From positions 1,382-65,381 of the forward strand of contig JAEDOD010000001.1 of NCBI GenBank assembly GCA_016302165.1: DNA of 64,000 nucleotides, in the 5' to 3' direction. The DNA is from Sphaerochaetaceae bacterium. GTDB lineage: Bacteria > Spirochaetota > Spirochaetia > Sphaerochaetales > Sphaerochaetaceae. Under the pieces are notes generated by a model. That model was not told the origin of the DNA. It saw only the letters and a program-made list of their open reading frames with translations, and searched no databases. Shown one piece after another: positions 28,353 through 37,588 of the stretch (position 1 is its first letter; each line of letters begins with the position of its first letter). The position numbers and the translations under genes are program-made.

Positions 28353-29135
28353 ATGGCACAGCAGAATCTCATACAGGAAAGACGACAAAAAATCCTTGAC
28401 TACATAACTGAGAGGTCCAAGGCGGACCTGGCGGAGCTCTCAGAGGCCTTCAATACCACGGAAGCCACCATCAGACGGGACCTGATAGAGCTTGAAAAGA
28501 CCAAGCTGATTGTAAGGACTCATGGAGGCGCCATACGTAATGAGCTGAAGAAGGCCATATGGCAGACCTCATCACTGCGAAACAGGCTTGAAAGGAACAA
28601 GGAGCAGAAGGAGAGGATAGCCCAGTTTGCATCCACACTGATCCATGATGACGAAAGCATAATCCTGGACGGAGGAAGCTCCACCCAGATTCTTGCTCCC
28701 TACATAAATGAAAAGAGGAATATGCTCTGTGTAACCAACTCCCCTGATATTGTAGACATTCTTCTGGAGGGGGAGACCAACCATATCATCCAGGTGGGCG
28801 GAGAGATGACAAGAGACACCCATCAGGCCACAGGGCCTGATGCAGAGGCCCACATCAGGAAATACTATGTAGATAAGTGCATTATCGGCATAACAGGAAT
28901 AGATCCTGATGAAGGGTGCTATGCAGCTGTGCTTTCAGAAGCAAGTCTTAAGAAGACCATGGTGGACCATGCCCGGGAGTGCATAGTCCTTGTGGACGGC
29001 TCCAAGTTCTCCCGTAAGGCCTTCTGCCTGGCCCTGGAGATTGAGGATATCGATGTGGTGGTCACAGACGCTTCCGCTCCAAAGGAAAGCGTAGAGAAGC
29101 TCAGGGCCAGAGGAATCCAGGTCTACGTGGTCTAG
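28353..29135 (+). CDS. DeoR-family transcriptional regulator
   Basis: An N-terminal HTH (RRQKILDYI...LAELSEAFNTTEATIRRDL) and a DeoR C-terminal sugar-phosphate sensor domain. The start is ATG 28353, and the ORF-track N-terminus runs through the AT-rich control region. Confidence 0.88.
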   Translation: MAQQNLIQERRQKILDYITERSKADLAELSEAFNTTEATIRRDLIELEKTKLIVRTHGGAIRNELKKAIWQTSSLRNRLERNKEQKERIAQFASTLIHDDESIILDGGSSTQILAPYINEKRNMLCVTNSPDIVDILLEGETNHIIQVGGEMTRDTHQATGPDAEAHIRKYYVDKCIIGITGIDPDEGCYAAVLSEASLKKTMVDHARECIVLVDGSKFSRKAFCLALEIEDIDVVVTDASAPKESVEKLRARGIQVYVV

Positions 29136-30271
29136 AGCTGCCAGTTCTGTATGGGCAGAGCCACCAGGATCAGGGCCAGGAGGAAGCACAGCGAGAAGAG
29201 ATGGAAATATTTCAGGAATCTTTTCTTGTCTTCCGGATAGTCCTTAATGTATATGGAGAAGGTTATGAGGGAGGCCAGGGAGCCTACGATAGTTCCCATT
29301 CCTGCCGCATTTACTCCATAGAGAAGGGCTGTGTAATTGGTGGAGAAGGGTAGAAGCAGGGCTGTTCCCGGCACGTTGGAGATTATCTGGCTCACGCCCA
29401 GGCCCCACCAATATTCATTTCCTGAAACAAAAGTGGATAGAATCTCGCCTATCCTTCCGTTTTCTCCGATGGAAGAGGAGAAGAGGAAGAAAAAGAAGAA
29501 GGTTGAGAGAAGACAGTAGTCCACCTTCAGGAACACTTTCCTGTCGAAGACCAGAAGAAGAGCCAGGACAATCAGCGTAATGTCCACAAAGTTGAAGACT
29601 CTGGTGATGATTTCAACAAGAAGGAGAATCAGGAGAAAAAGGTAGAATACCCTGAGGCCCCTCCGCTCTGGAGAGACAGTGTCTTCAATTTCCTTATGAG
29701 TGTAGATCCTCTCTCCTCCGTCCTTACGGAACACAAAGCATATGGCTGCTGCCAGACCTATCATGCCTGTTATCCACATGGGGACCATATGGATAATGAA
29801 GGATGATGCAGACACATTCACGTTTGTGTATATGAAGAGATTCTGAGGATTCCCGAATGGAGTGAGGAATGCTCCAGTAATGGCTGCTATGTTCTCCAGT
29901 ATCACTATTTCCAGAAGATGCTTCTCCTTACCAATATGACGGAAGATCATGATGGTAAGGGGGACGAAGGTCACCAGGGACACATCGTTGGTTATGAATG
30001 GAGCCAGGAAGAATACAGTTGCAACCAGAAAGAAGGATAGGGCCTTTACGGAATTGAAGCGCTCTGTAAGGCGGAAGAAGGGAAGGAACATATTCTCCTT
30101 CTTAAAGCCTTCCAGCACCAAAAGGAGCATGAATAGGGTGAAAAGTGTCTGCCAGTCCAGAGAAAGGAACCTTTCTCCTGTGGGAGGAGAGATTATCAGA
30201 GAGACCAGAGCTGCCAGAAAAGACACTGTAAAGACTATCTGCTTTCTGCAGAAATTCCTAATTTTCTCCAT
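29132..30271 (-). CDS. polytopic anion/ion permease (ArsB/NhaD / citrate-transporter-like superfamily)
   Basis: 379 aa and almost entirely hydrophobic (about 10 TM segments). The family assignment rests on general resemblance only. Confidence 0.55.
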   Translation of the reverse strand: MEKIRNFCRKQIVFTVSFLAALVSLIISPPTGERFLSLDWQTLFTLFMLLLVLEGFKKENMFLPFFRLTERFNSVKALSFFLVATVFFLAPFITNDVSLVTFVPLTIMIFRHIGKEKHLLEIVILENIAAITGAFLTPFGNPQNLFIYTNVNVSASSFIIHMVPMWITGMIGLAAAICFVFRKDGGERIYTHKEIEDTVSPERRGLRVFYLFLLILLLVEIITRVFNFVDITLIVLALLLVFDRKVFLKVDYCLLSTFFFFFLFSSSIGENGRIGEILSTFVSGNEYWWGLGVSQIISNVPGTALLLPFSTNYTALLYGVNAAGMGTIVGSLASLITFSIYIKDYPEDKKRFLKYFHLFSLCFLLALILVALPIQNWQL

Positions 30272-31484
30272 CTTCTGCTTTCCTTACTCCGCTCTTTCCT
30301 TCCTCAATGCCTTGGTCTGAGAAAGTATATATTACAGTATTCTCCACAGCTTCATTGATGAGAGCATCCATATGAAGAGCTTCAAAATGCTCCTTCATTA
30401 TTTTTTTGTCTGGACGTGTCACAGGATGCTTTGGGGAAAACACTACACAGCAATCCTCGTATGGAAGAATTGAAGTGTCATAAGTGTCGATATCCTTGGC
30501 CACCTTTATTATCTCTTCCTTGTCCATGCCACATAGGGGTCGCAGAATAAGCATATCTGTCATGGAATCTGTGAATGTCATGGCGTCCAGGGTCTGGGAA
30601 GCCACCTGGGATACAGCTTCTCCTGTAACGAGAGCGATATCATGATAGAGGAGAGAGAGCTTTTCAGCTGTCTTCATCATTGCAGCCCTGAACATCAGAG
30701 TTGCCTCCTCCTCGACTCCATGGTCCCTGATATATTCCTGGCCCTTGGTGAAGGGCACAACAAATAGCCTTGTTCCCTGTAGATATGGAGAAATCAGGGA
30801 CGCAAGCTTCTTCACCTTCTCCAGAGCCATCTCTGAGGTGTATGGGTAGGCATGGAAGTAGCAGCAGTCCAGCTTCAGGCCACGCTTGGCCATGGTATAT
30901 CCTGCTACAGGGCTGTCGATTCCTCCGGAAAGAAGCAGCATGCCTCTTCCCGCTGTTCCCACAGGAAGGCCTCCTATTCCCTTTCTGCTGTCTGTGTATA
31001 CAAAGCACTGGTTCCTGATTTCAACTGTCAAAGTGTAGTCCGGGTTCTTCAGGTCCACTCTCAGGGATGGGTAGTATTTCTCCACAATGTCAGCCAAGGC
31101 ACAGGCCACAGCGTGGGAATCAAGAGGAAAGGACTTGTCTTCACGTCTGACGTCAATCTTGAATGAGCCCTGGGAGGAGAAGGGATTACGGGAGAGAATC
31201 TCCTCCGTCTTCTCCATGATGGCCTCCATGGATTTCTCCCTGCACCTTTCGCTTTCTGCCCATCCAGTAATGCCGAAGGTGGTGGAAAGGGCCTTTTCTG
31301 CCTGCTCTCTGGGACAGCTGTCCTCTACAGACACATAAACTCTTCCCTTAGACTTGTCCATCCTGGACTGGTAAGGCTTAAGCTTACTTCTGATATTTCC
31401 TCTGAGCTTACGCTCGAACATTATTCTGTTTCCGCCCTTCAGGGCAATTTCACCTTCCTTTACAAGGTACAGCCTTTCATCCAT
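30258..31484 (-). CDS. thiI: tRNA 4-thiouridine synthase ThiI
   Basis: An N-terminal ferredoxin-like/THUMP region and the PP-loop LLSGGIDSPVAGY. Confidence 0.92.
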   Translation of the reverse strand: MDERLYLVKEGEIALKGGNRIMFERKLRGNIRSKLKPYQSRMDKSKGRVYVSVEDSCPREQAEKALSTTFGITGWAESERCREKSMEAIMEKTEEILSRNPFSSQGSFKIDVRREDKSFPLDSHAVACALADIVEKYYPSLRVDLKNPDYTLTVEIRNQCFVYTDSRKGIGGLPVGTAGRGMLLLSGGIDSPVAGYTMAKRGLKLDCCYFHAYPYTSEMALEKVKKLASLISPYLQGTRLFVVPFTKGQEYIRDHGVEEEATLMFRAAMMKTAEKLSLLYHDIALVTGEAVSQVASQTLDAMTFTDSMTDMLILRPLCGMDKEEIIKVAKDIDTYDTSILPYEDCCVVFSPKHPVTRPDKKIMKEHFEALHMDALINEAVENTVIYTFSDQGIEEGKSGVRKAEDGEN

Positions 31485-32601
31485 CTATGAGTTCTCCAAA
31501 AGCTTCCAATAGTCTTATGACTTCCTCTTCAGTAGTATTTCTTCCCATGCTTATCCTGATGGCCTTCTTTGCCTTCTGGTTCGGGATTCCCATGGCTTCA
31601 AGGATTCCTTCGCTCTTTCCTTTTGCGTTATTGGAGCAGGCGGAGCCGGAGGATACGCAGAAGCCTTTGTCCATAAGCATTCTGGTGAAGACCTCAGAGG
31701 GCAGGGGAGCCACCACTGAAAGGATGTAGGGAGTGGATTCCAGGGGAGAGAGAATCTCTATTCCCAGTTTTCCCAGTCCATCCCTCAAAAGAAAATTGTA
31801 ATGGGAAATCCTCTTTTCGTCTTCCTCCCTGGTCTCCATCCATTCAGAGAGAGCTTCGTCGAAGGCAGCGATTCCCGGCAGGTTCTCAGTTCCTCCCCTC
31901 CGTCCCTTCTCCTGGCCACCGGCTGAGGCAATAGGCCTTATGATCTCAGGGTTTTTCGCATATAGAAGCCCCACACCTCTGGGGCCGTTTATCTTATGGG
32001 CTGAGAAGGATGCTCCGTCAATGCCGCTTCCCTTCAGGTCCAGTCCTGTCTTTCCCAGGGCCTGGACGCTGTCTGAGAAGAAAAGGATTCTTCTGCCGTT
32101 GGCCTTTTCGTATTCCCTTACACATTTCACAAGGCTTTCAATTGGCTCAATGGCTCCAACTACATTATTTACAGCCATTACAGCCACCACCTTGGTGTCT
32201 GGAGTAAGGGCGGCGGAAAGCTCCTCTGGGGACACAAAGCCTCCCTTGGCCCTAAGCTTCACTATGTTCCAACCAAGCTTCTTCAGATATGGAAGCCATG
32301 AGGACACAGCTTCATGCTCGATCCTTGATACTACTATAGTTCCCTTCTCCATCCACAAAAGGGATGAGAAGAACAGCGCAATAGACTCTGTAGCTCCACT
32401 GGTGAATATGAGATTCCTTTCCTCCACACCCAGCAGAGCCGCCATATGACTTCTCCTTCTCTCCATCTCTTCCTTGGCCTTCTGTCCAAGCCTGTGGACA
32501 GAGGATGGATTTCCTGGAAAGGAAGATGCTGTCTCTATGTAAGCCTTCCCGGCTCTGGGAGAGAGAGGAGTTGTGGCTGCATTGTCGAAATAGATTTCCA
32601 T
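31477..32601 (-). CDS. cysteine desulfurase (NifS/IscS class V aminotransferase)
   Basis: YFDNAATTP, SGATES, the SAHKxxGPxG PLP-lysine motif and the SSGSACS active-site Cys loop. It overlaps the thiI start by 8 nt. Confidence 0.9.
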   Translation of the reverse strand: MEIYFDNAATTPLSPRAGKAYIETASSFPGNPSSVHRLGQKAKEEMERRRSHMAALLGVEERNLIFTSGATESIALFFSSLLWMEKGTIVVSRIEHEAVSSWLPYLKKLGWNIVKLRAKGGFVSPEELSAALTPDTKVVAVMAVNNVVGAIEPIESLVKCVREYEKANGRRILFFSDSVQALGKTGLDLKGSGIDGASFSAHKINGPRGVGLLYAKNPEIIRPIASAGGQEKGRRGGTENLPGIAAFDEALSEWMETREEDEKRISHYNFLLRDGLGKLGIEILSPLESTPYILSVVAPLPSEVFTRMLMDKGFCVSSGSACSNNAKGKSEGILEAMGIPNQKAKKAIRISMGRNTTEEEVIRLLEAFGELIDG

Positions 32602-32683
32602 AGGCTACATTGTCGCTACATTCCTTCTCTTGGTCTACATGGTCAGTGTGGAAGAAAGGAGAGAAAATCATTAGACTGAGCCT

Positions 32684-33727
32684 ATGGAAAAGAGAATTGA
32701 AGCACTATTGGACAATGGCTTTGTCTCATCTGTGTATTTCACAGGAAAGACTGATGAAATGAAGGAGAGGATCCTCTCCCTGGATAAGGATTATGTGGTG
32801 GTGACAGACGAGAATACTTTTACCTATTCTCCCTCTCCGGAAAGGACAGTGGTCCTTGAAAGCGGAGAAGACCACAAGAACTGGGAAAGCCTGGAGCGCA
32901 TTCTATCCTTCGCCCTTGATAGAGGCATGGGAAGGGACGGAATCTTCATCGCCCTGGGAGGAGGAGTTGTGTGCGACATGACAGCTCTGGCTTCAGCCTT
33001 ATACATGAGGGGAGCCGGCCTTATGCTTTGCCCGACCACTCTCCTGGCCATGGTTGACGCCACCTTAGGCGGAAAGGCTGCCATTGACTTCAGAAATACG
33101 AAGAATACTGTGGGAGCCTTCCATCCTGCCTCTGAGATCATCATTTCCCTCTCTACTCTCTCCTCTCTTCCAGACAAGGAATTCATGTGCGGCATGGGGG
33201 AAGTGGTGAAGCACGCCTTCCTTTCCTCTGACGATGAACTATACAAATTCCTCTTCTCCAACCGTGATGGGATCATGGCCCGTGATACAGCTGTACTGGA
33301 GAAGATGGTGGAGCTTTCCCTTCTTGTAAAGAAGAGCTACATAGAGAAGGACCCTACCGAGACCAAGGGCATAAGAAGTGCCTTGAATTTTGGCCACACC
33401 TTCGGCCATGCACTGGAAAGCATTACAGATTACTCCATAAGCCATGGGGAAGCTGTGGTCTGGGGAATGAAGAAGGCCCTTACCAGCGGCCTCTGGCAGG
33501 GAATAACTCCTCCTCCCTTCTATCTCTGGTGCATAGACCTTATCTCCCAGTTCCCATTCCTTGATGAATATAAGGTGGCGAAGAAGGACTATGAGGCCTT
33601 TGTGGAGGCCACAAAGAAGGACAAGAAGAAAAGCGGAGGAGTGACCAAGTTCGTATTCCTCAAGGGCCTGGGAGAGCCGATTCTCTCTCCTCTCACTGAT
33701 GATCAGATAGCAGCGATGATAGTCTAG
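32684..33727 (+). CDS. aroB: 3-dehydroquinate synthase
   Basis: GGGVVxD, the PTTLLAMVDATLGGK motif and the metal-binding NFGHTFGHALE...HGEAV. Confidence 0.9.
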   Translation: MEKRIEALLDNGFVSSVYFTGKTDEMKERILSLDKDYVVVTDENTFTYSPSPERTVVLESGEDHKNWESLERILSFALDRGMGRDGIFIALGGGVVCDMTALASALYMRGAGLMLCPTTLLAMVDATLGGKAAIDFRNTKNTVGAFHPASEIIISLSTLSSLPDKEFMCGMGEVVKHAFLSSDDELYKFLFSNRDGIMARDTAVLEKMVELSLLVKKSYIEKDPTETKGIRSALNFGHTFGHALESITDYSISHGEAVVWGMKKALTSGLWQGITPPPFYLWCIDLISQFPFLDEYKVAKKDYEAFVEATKKDKKKSGGVTKFVFLKGLGEPILSPLTDDQIAAMIV

Positions 33728-36189
33728 CTCTCATCTTCGTCCATATCTATGGCCTTTTCGTAGGCTTTCAGAATGGAGTTGAGCTTCTTTCTAAGCTCCC
33801 TTTCCTTCCTTGGAACCATTTCTATCAGGGAAGAAAGGGAGTACATGGTCTCCCTTACAGCACTTTCCAGGCTATTGTTTGGAACCAGGGAATAACCATC
33901 GTCGTTCTCCCTCAGCATAATATATGTAAAGGTGTTCTTCCCGCTTCTGAAGGGCCTCAGCAGATAAGACATGTAGCTCAGTATCTTTTCACTCTTGTCC
34001 TGGGCTGTAATCCTTCCCCTTGGCTTCTCCTTTAGGAGCATGTTCTTTCTCGGCAGGAGTGAAAGCTCCTTATCTATATGGCTGGTCTTGATGCTCTTCT
34101 CTGAAATTGAGGAAGCAACCTTGATATATATCTGGACGCTGGATCTGGTCTTGATTCTGGAAATATCCTGGATAGGCACCACATATTTTGCCTTACCTCT
34201 GCTGTTGCTGCCCACTCTGTATGGATCCAGGGTGAAGGTGCTTTTCTCGCTTTCCTCCTCTTTCCTTTCCTTCCTTATGCTTGTCTCCCCCTTCTTCAGG
34301 GCTACAAGCAACAGAGGATCTATCTCTTCAATCCACTGGCTTTTCAGGGGGGAGACGGATCGGGCATACATTCTTGTGGTCTGTACAATTTCCCCTGCCA
34401 GGATATACTCAGGCTTATTCTTGAACCAGGAGGAGCCTGGATGGATGAGTATTTCCTTGGTGGTGATGGAATAATATGAGAATCTGTCAGCCTTCTTGCA
34501 TATGTATTGCCTAAGTCCTGAAGCCAGGCATATCAGGTATTCCCTGAGAGAGGATTTCCCTTCTGTAATCGGGAAGCCCATTTTTGAGACAATATCCAAC
34601 AGCTGGGAGTGAATATGTGTAATCTCATCCATGGTCTCCTTATCCAGATATCTGGAAGTGCAGAAGCTTTCCCTGGCCTTTTCCCCCTTGGTGGTGATGT
34701 AGCGCCTGAAGATGGTGAGCCATGCGACGAAGTCTCCATATTCGTTGTCTACCAGAGCATGGTGCACATCCCTTGCCTCCAGCTCCTCTCCCTGTGGCAT
34801 GACAAAAGGTGTCCTGGTGGAAAGGAAGGCTACAGCCACAGCAACTTCATAGATGGAGGAAGGATAATTCATCATGGCTTCCACCATGACCCTGGAGAGC
34901 CGGGGAAGAAGGGGAAACTGTATCATCATCTCTCCGATGGCTGTCAGATGAAGGTCCTCCCTTACGGCGCCTATGTATTTCAGTGTCTCGATGGCTGAGT
35001 TCAAAGCTCCAGACTGGGGAGGAGTAATGAATGGGAAGGAGGTGGGGTTGTAGATTTCCAGCTCGCACATTCTCAATACCACTTCTGCAAGGTCAGAGTG
35101 GAGAATCTCCTCTTCGTTGTATTCCCGACGGTTCAGGTAGTTCTTTTCGCTGTACAGTCTCCAGCAGACTCCTGGAGCTGTCCTTCCAGCCCTTCCTTTC
35201 CTCTGGTCTGCAGAAGCCCTTGAAATAGGGGAGGGAATCAGGGCTGAAGTGAAGTTCCGCTGGTTGTAGTAGTTGATCTTGCACCAGCCGGAATCTATTA
35301 CGCACTTTATTCCGTCGATGGTAAGGCTGGTCTCTGCTATGTTTGTGGCCACCACCACCTTTCTGTGTCCTGGAGTGGTGGGAGTGAAGACCTTCTCCTG
35401 CTCCTCCTTTCCCAGTCTTCCGTAAAGGGGATAGATATCAAGAAGGGTAGGGTCCACTATTTCTGAGCCATACAGGTGTTGGGTGCAGCTTTTGATTTCA
35501 GCTTCTCCTGGGAGGAACACCAGGATGTCGCCTCCATCCTCACTTTCAAGGTTTTCCTTGATTATGGTCTCAACCGTCCTGTAGTATTCGTCTTCGTTCT
35601 CCTTGTCCAGGACCATGGGCCTGTAGTTCACAGTCACAGGATAGGGATGGGAGTCTATGGATACTATGGGAGCGTCAGAGAAGAAGGAGGAGAAGACGGA
35701 AGTGTTGATGGTGGCTGAAGATATGATGATCTTCAGATCCTTCCTCTCCCTTGTTATCTCCTTCAAGAGGCCCAGGATGAAGTCTATGTTAAGGCTTCTT
35801 TCATGGGCTTCGTCCACCATGATTACGCTGTAGCGGGAAAGGAGGGGATCTCTCTTCACTTCCTCAAGAAGGATTCCATCCGTCATTATCTTGATTTTGG
35901 TGGAGCTGTCTGTAGTATCCAGAAAGCGCATTGTGTAGCCGCAGAACTTGTCCTGGTCTCCAATTTCCTTCCTGATGAAGTCCGAGACGCTCATGGCGGC
36001 TATTCTTCTGGGCTGTGTGATTCCTATCATCTTGTCTTTGGCAAAGCCTGCGTCCAGAAGGATCAGAGGAATCTGTGTGGTCTTTCCGCTACCTGTAGGG
36101 CTCTCCACTACAATTACCTGATTGGAGCGGAGAGCTGAGAGGATTTCATCGCGGTGTCTATAGACGGGAAGATCTTTATATATGCTCAA
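33724..36189 (-). CDS. DEAH-box ATP-dependent RNA helicase (HrpA/HrpB family)
   Basis: ESPTGSGKTTQIP (motif I), MVDEAHERS (DEAH), SAT, TNIAETSLTI and QRKGRAGR motifs, plus HA2/OB-like C-terminal regions. Length is 821 aa. Confidence 0.88.
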   Translation of the reverse strand: MSIYKDLPVYRHRDEILSALRSNQVIVVESPTGSGKTTQIPLILLDAGFAKDKMIGITQPRRIAAMSVSDFIRKEIGDQDKFCGYTMRFLDTTDSSTKIKIMTDGILLEEVKRDPLLSRYSVIMVDEAHERSLNIDFILGLLKEITRERKDLKIIISSATINTSVFSSFFSDAPIVSIDSHPYPVTVNYRPMVLDKENEDEYYRTVETIIKENLESEDGGDILVFLPGEAEIKSCTQHLYGSEIVDPTLLDIYPLYGRLGKEEQEKVFTPTTPGHRKVVVATNIAETSLTIDGIKCVIDSGWCKINYYNQRNFTSALIPSPISRASADQRKGRAGRTAPGVCWRLYSEKNYLNRREYNEEEILHSDLAEVVLRMCELEIYNPTSFPFITPPQSGALNSAIETLKYIGAVREDLHLTAIGEMMIQFPLLPRLSRVMVEAMMNYPSSIYEVAVAVAFLSTRTPFVMPQGEELEARDVHHALVDNEYGDFVAWLTIFRRYITTKGEKARESFCTSRYLDKETMDEITHIHSQLLDIVSKMGFPITEGKSSLREYLICLASGLRQYICKKADRFSYYSITTKEILIHPGSSWFKNKPEYILAGEIVQTTRMYARSVSPLKSQWIEEIDPLLLVALKKGETSIRKERKEEESEKSTFTLDPYRVGSNSRGKAKYVVPIQDISRIKTRSSVQIYIKVASSISEKSIKTSHIDKELSLLPRKNMLLKEKPRGRITAQDKSEKILSYMSYLLRPFRSGKNTFTYIMLRENDDGYSLVPNNSLESAVRETMYSLSSLIEMVPRKERELRKKLNSILKAYEKAIDMDEDES

Positions 36190-37469
36190 GCTTCGATACC
36201 TTCTGCCGCCTCGGAGACTGAGGAGAAGACCCTGCTCTCCCTGGTGGCATGGTTCTTAAGGACTATTTCATCATCCTTGAAGGAGATGGAATATGGAATG
36301 TTGTTTTTTCCAGCATAGTCGAAGACTCTCTTCGCCTTGTGGTTTGGCTCAAGGTAGACGTCCACCCTCTTACCTTTCCTTCTTAGCTCATAGGCTGTCT
36401 TTTCAGCCCTTGCCAGCTCTTCAGGCCTGTAGATTATGAGCACATCCGAGGATGAGGAATCCTGCAGAATCGGGCTCTTCAGCTCCTCCAGTCCTGCTAT
36501 GAGCCTATCCAGGCCAATGGAGGACCCGACTCCTGGCAGAGTCTCCTTTGTATAGAGGGAAGCCAGGTTATTGTAGCGGCCGCCGGAACATACGGAGCCA
36601 AGGGAAGGCAGGGCGTCAAGGAAGGTTTCGTAGACGATTCCTGTGTAGTAGTCCAGTCCTCTTGTGATGGATGGGTCCAGCACAAAGGAGTCAGCAATTC
36701 CAACTTCCGAAAGAAGTGCGTAGATTGCTCTCAGTCTCTCGGAGCCTTCTGAGCTTCCGCCAGAGAGAGTCTCAAGTACAGAGAGAGTCTCAAGGAAGGA
36801 AGAGCCACCTGCAGTTATGTACTCCAGGACTTTGTCTGCCTTTTTTTCATCACCAATGGTCTCAATAAGGATTTCCCTTACGCTGTCCTTTCCAATCTTC
36901 ATGAGCTTATCTACAGCCCTAAGAATATCGATGGACTTGTCTGCAATGCCCTCCTTCTCCAGGAAGGTGTTGAAAAGTCCTCTGTGGGAGATGTGGAAGG
37001 TGTATCCATTGACTCCCATCAGTGAGAAGGAGTGGTGCATCATTGACAGAATTTCAAAGTCTGCCTGGACATTGTCCACTCCGACGATGTCGAAATCGCA
37101 CTGGATGAACTCCCTGTATCTTCCCTTCTGAGGCTTCTCTCCTCTCCACACTTTATTGATGTGGTAGCGCTTGAAGGGCAGTGCCAGTTCTGAATAGTGG
37201 GCGGCCATGAATCTGGCGAAGGGAACCGTAAGGTCGAAGCGCATTGCAACTTCCCTTCCGCCGTTGTCTTCAAAGTGGAAGACCTGCTTATCTGTCTCTC
37301 CGCCACCTTTCCCAAGAAGGACAGAGGAATATTCAAGTACAGGTGTATCTATCGGAACAAAGCCATAGGACTGGAAGCCCTTTTCAAGTATGGAGGTAAT
37401 CTTCCTTTTTGGAATCTCTTCCTGGGGCATGCTATCCCTGAAGCCTTTGAGTATTACTGGATCAATCAT
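36186..37469 (-). CDS. hisS: histidine--tRNA ligase
   Basis: Class II aaRS motifs, the HisS-typical GGRYD/N-like motif (CSGGRYNNL) and a C-terminal anticodon-binding domain. Confidence 0.95.
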   Translation of the reverse strand: MIDPVILKGFRDSMPQEEIPKRKITSILEKGFQSYGFVPIDTPVLEYSSVLLGKGGGETDKQVFHFEDNGGREVAMRFDLTVPFARFMAAHYSELALPFKRYHINKVWRGEKPQKGRYREFIQCDFDIVGVDNVQADFEILSMMHHSFSLMGVNGYTFHISHRGLFNTFLEKEGIADKSIDILRAVDKLMKIGKDSVREILIETIGDEKKADKVLEYITAGGSSFLETLSVLETLSGGSSEGSERLRAIYALLSEVGIADSFVLDPSITRGLDYYTGIVYETFLDALPSLGSVCSGGRYNNLASLYTKETLPGVGSSIGLDRLIAGLEELKSPILQDSSSSDVLIIYRPEELARAEKTAYELRRKGKRVDVYLEPNHKAKRVFDYAGKNNIPYSISFKDDEIVLKNHATRESRVFSSVSEAAEGIEA

Positions 37470-37588
37470 TTGTCGCTCCTTACACTGATGATAATAGATT
37501 ATTTCTTCTTTTCTGAATACTTCCTCCCCACTTTCCTTTCCATTTCCTTCATTTCCTACTCTTGTTTCAACAGCACATAATTATTAAG

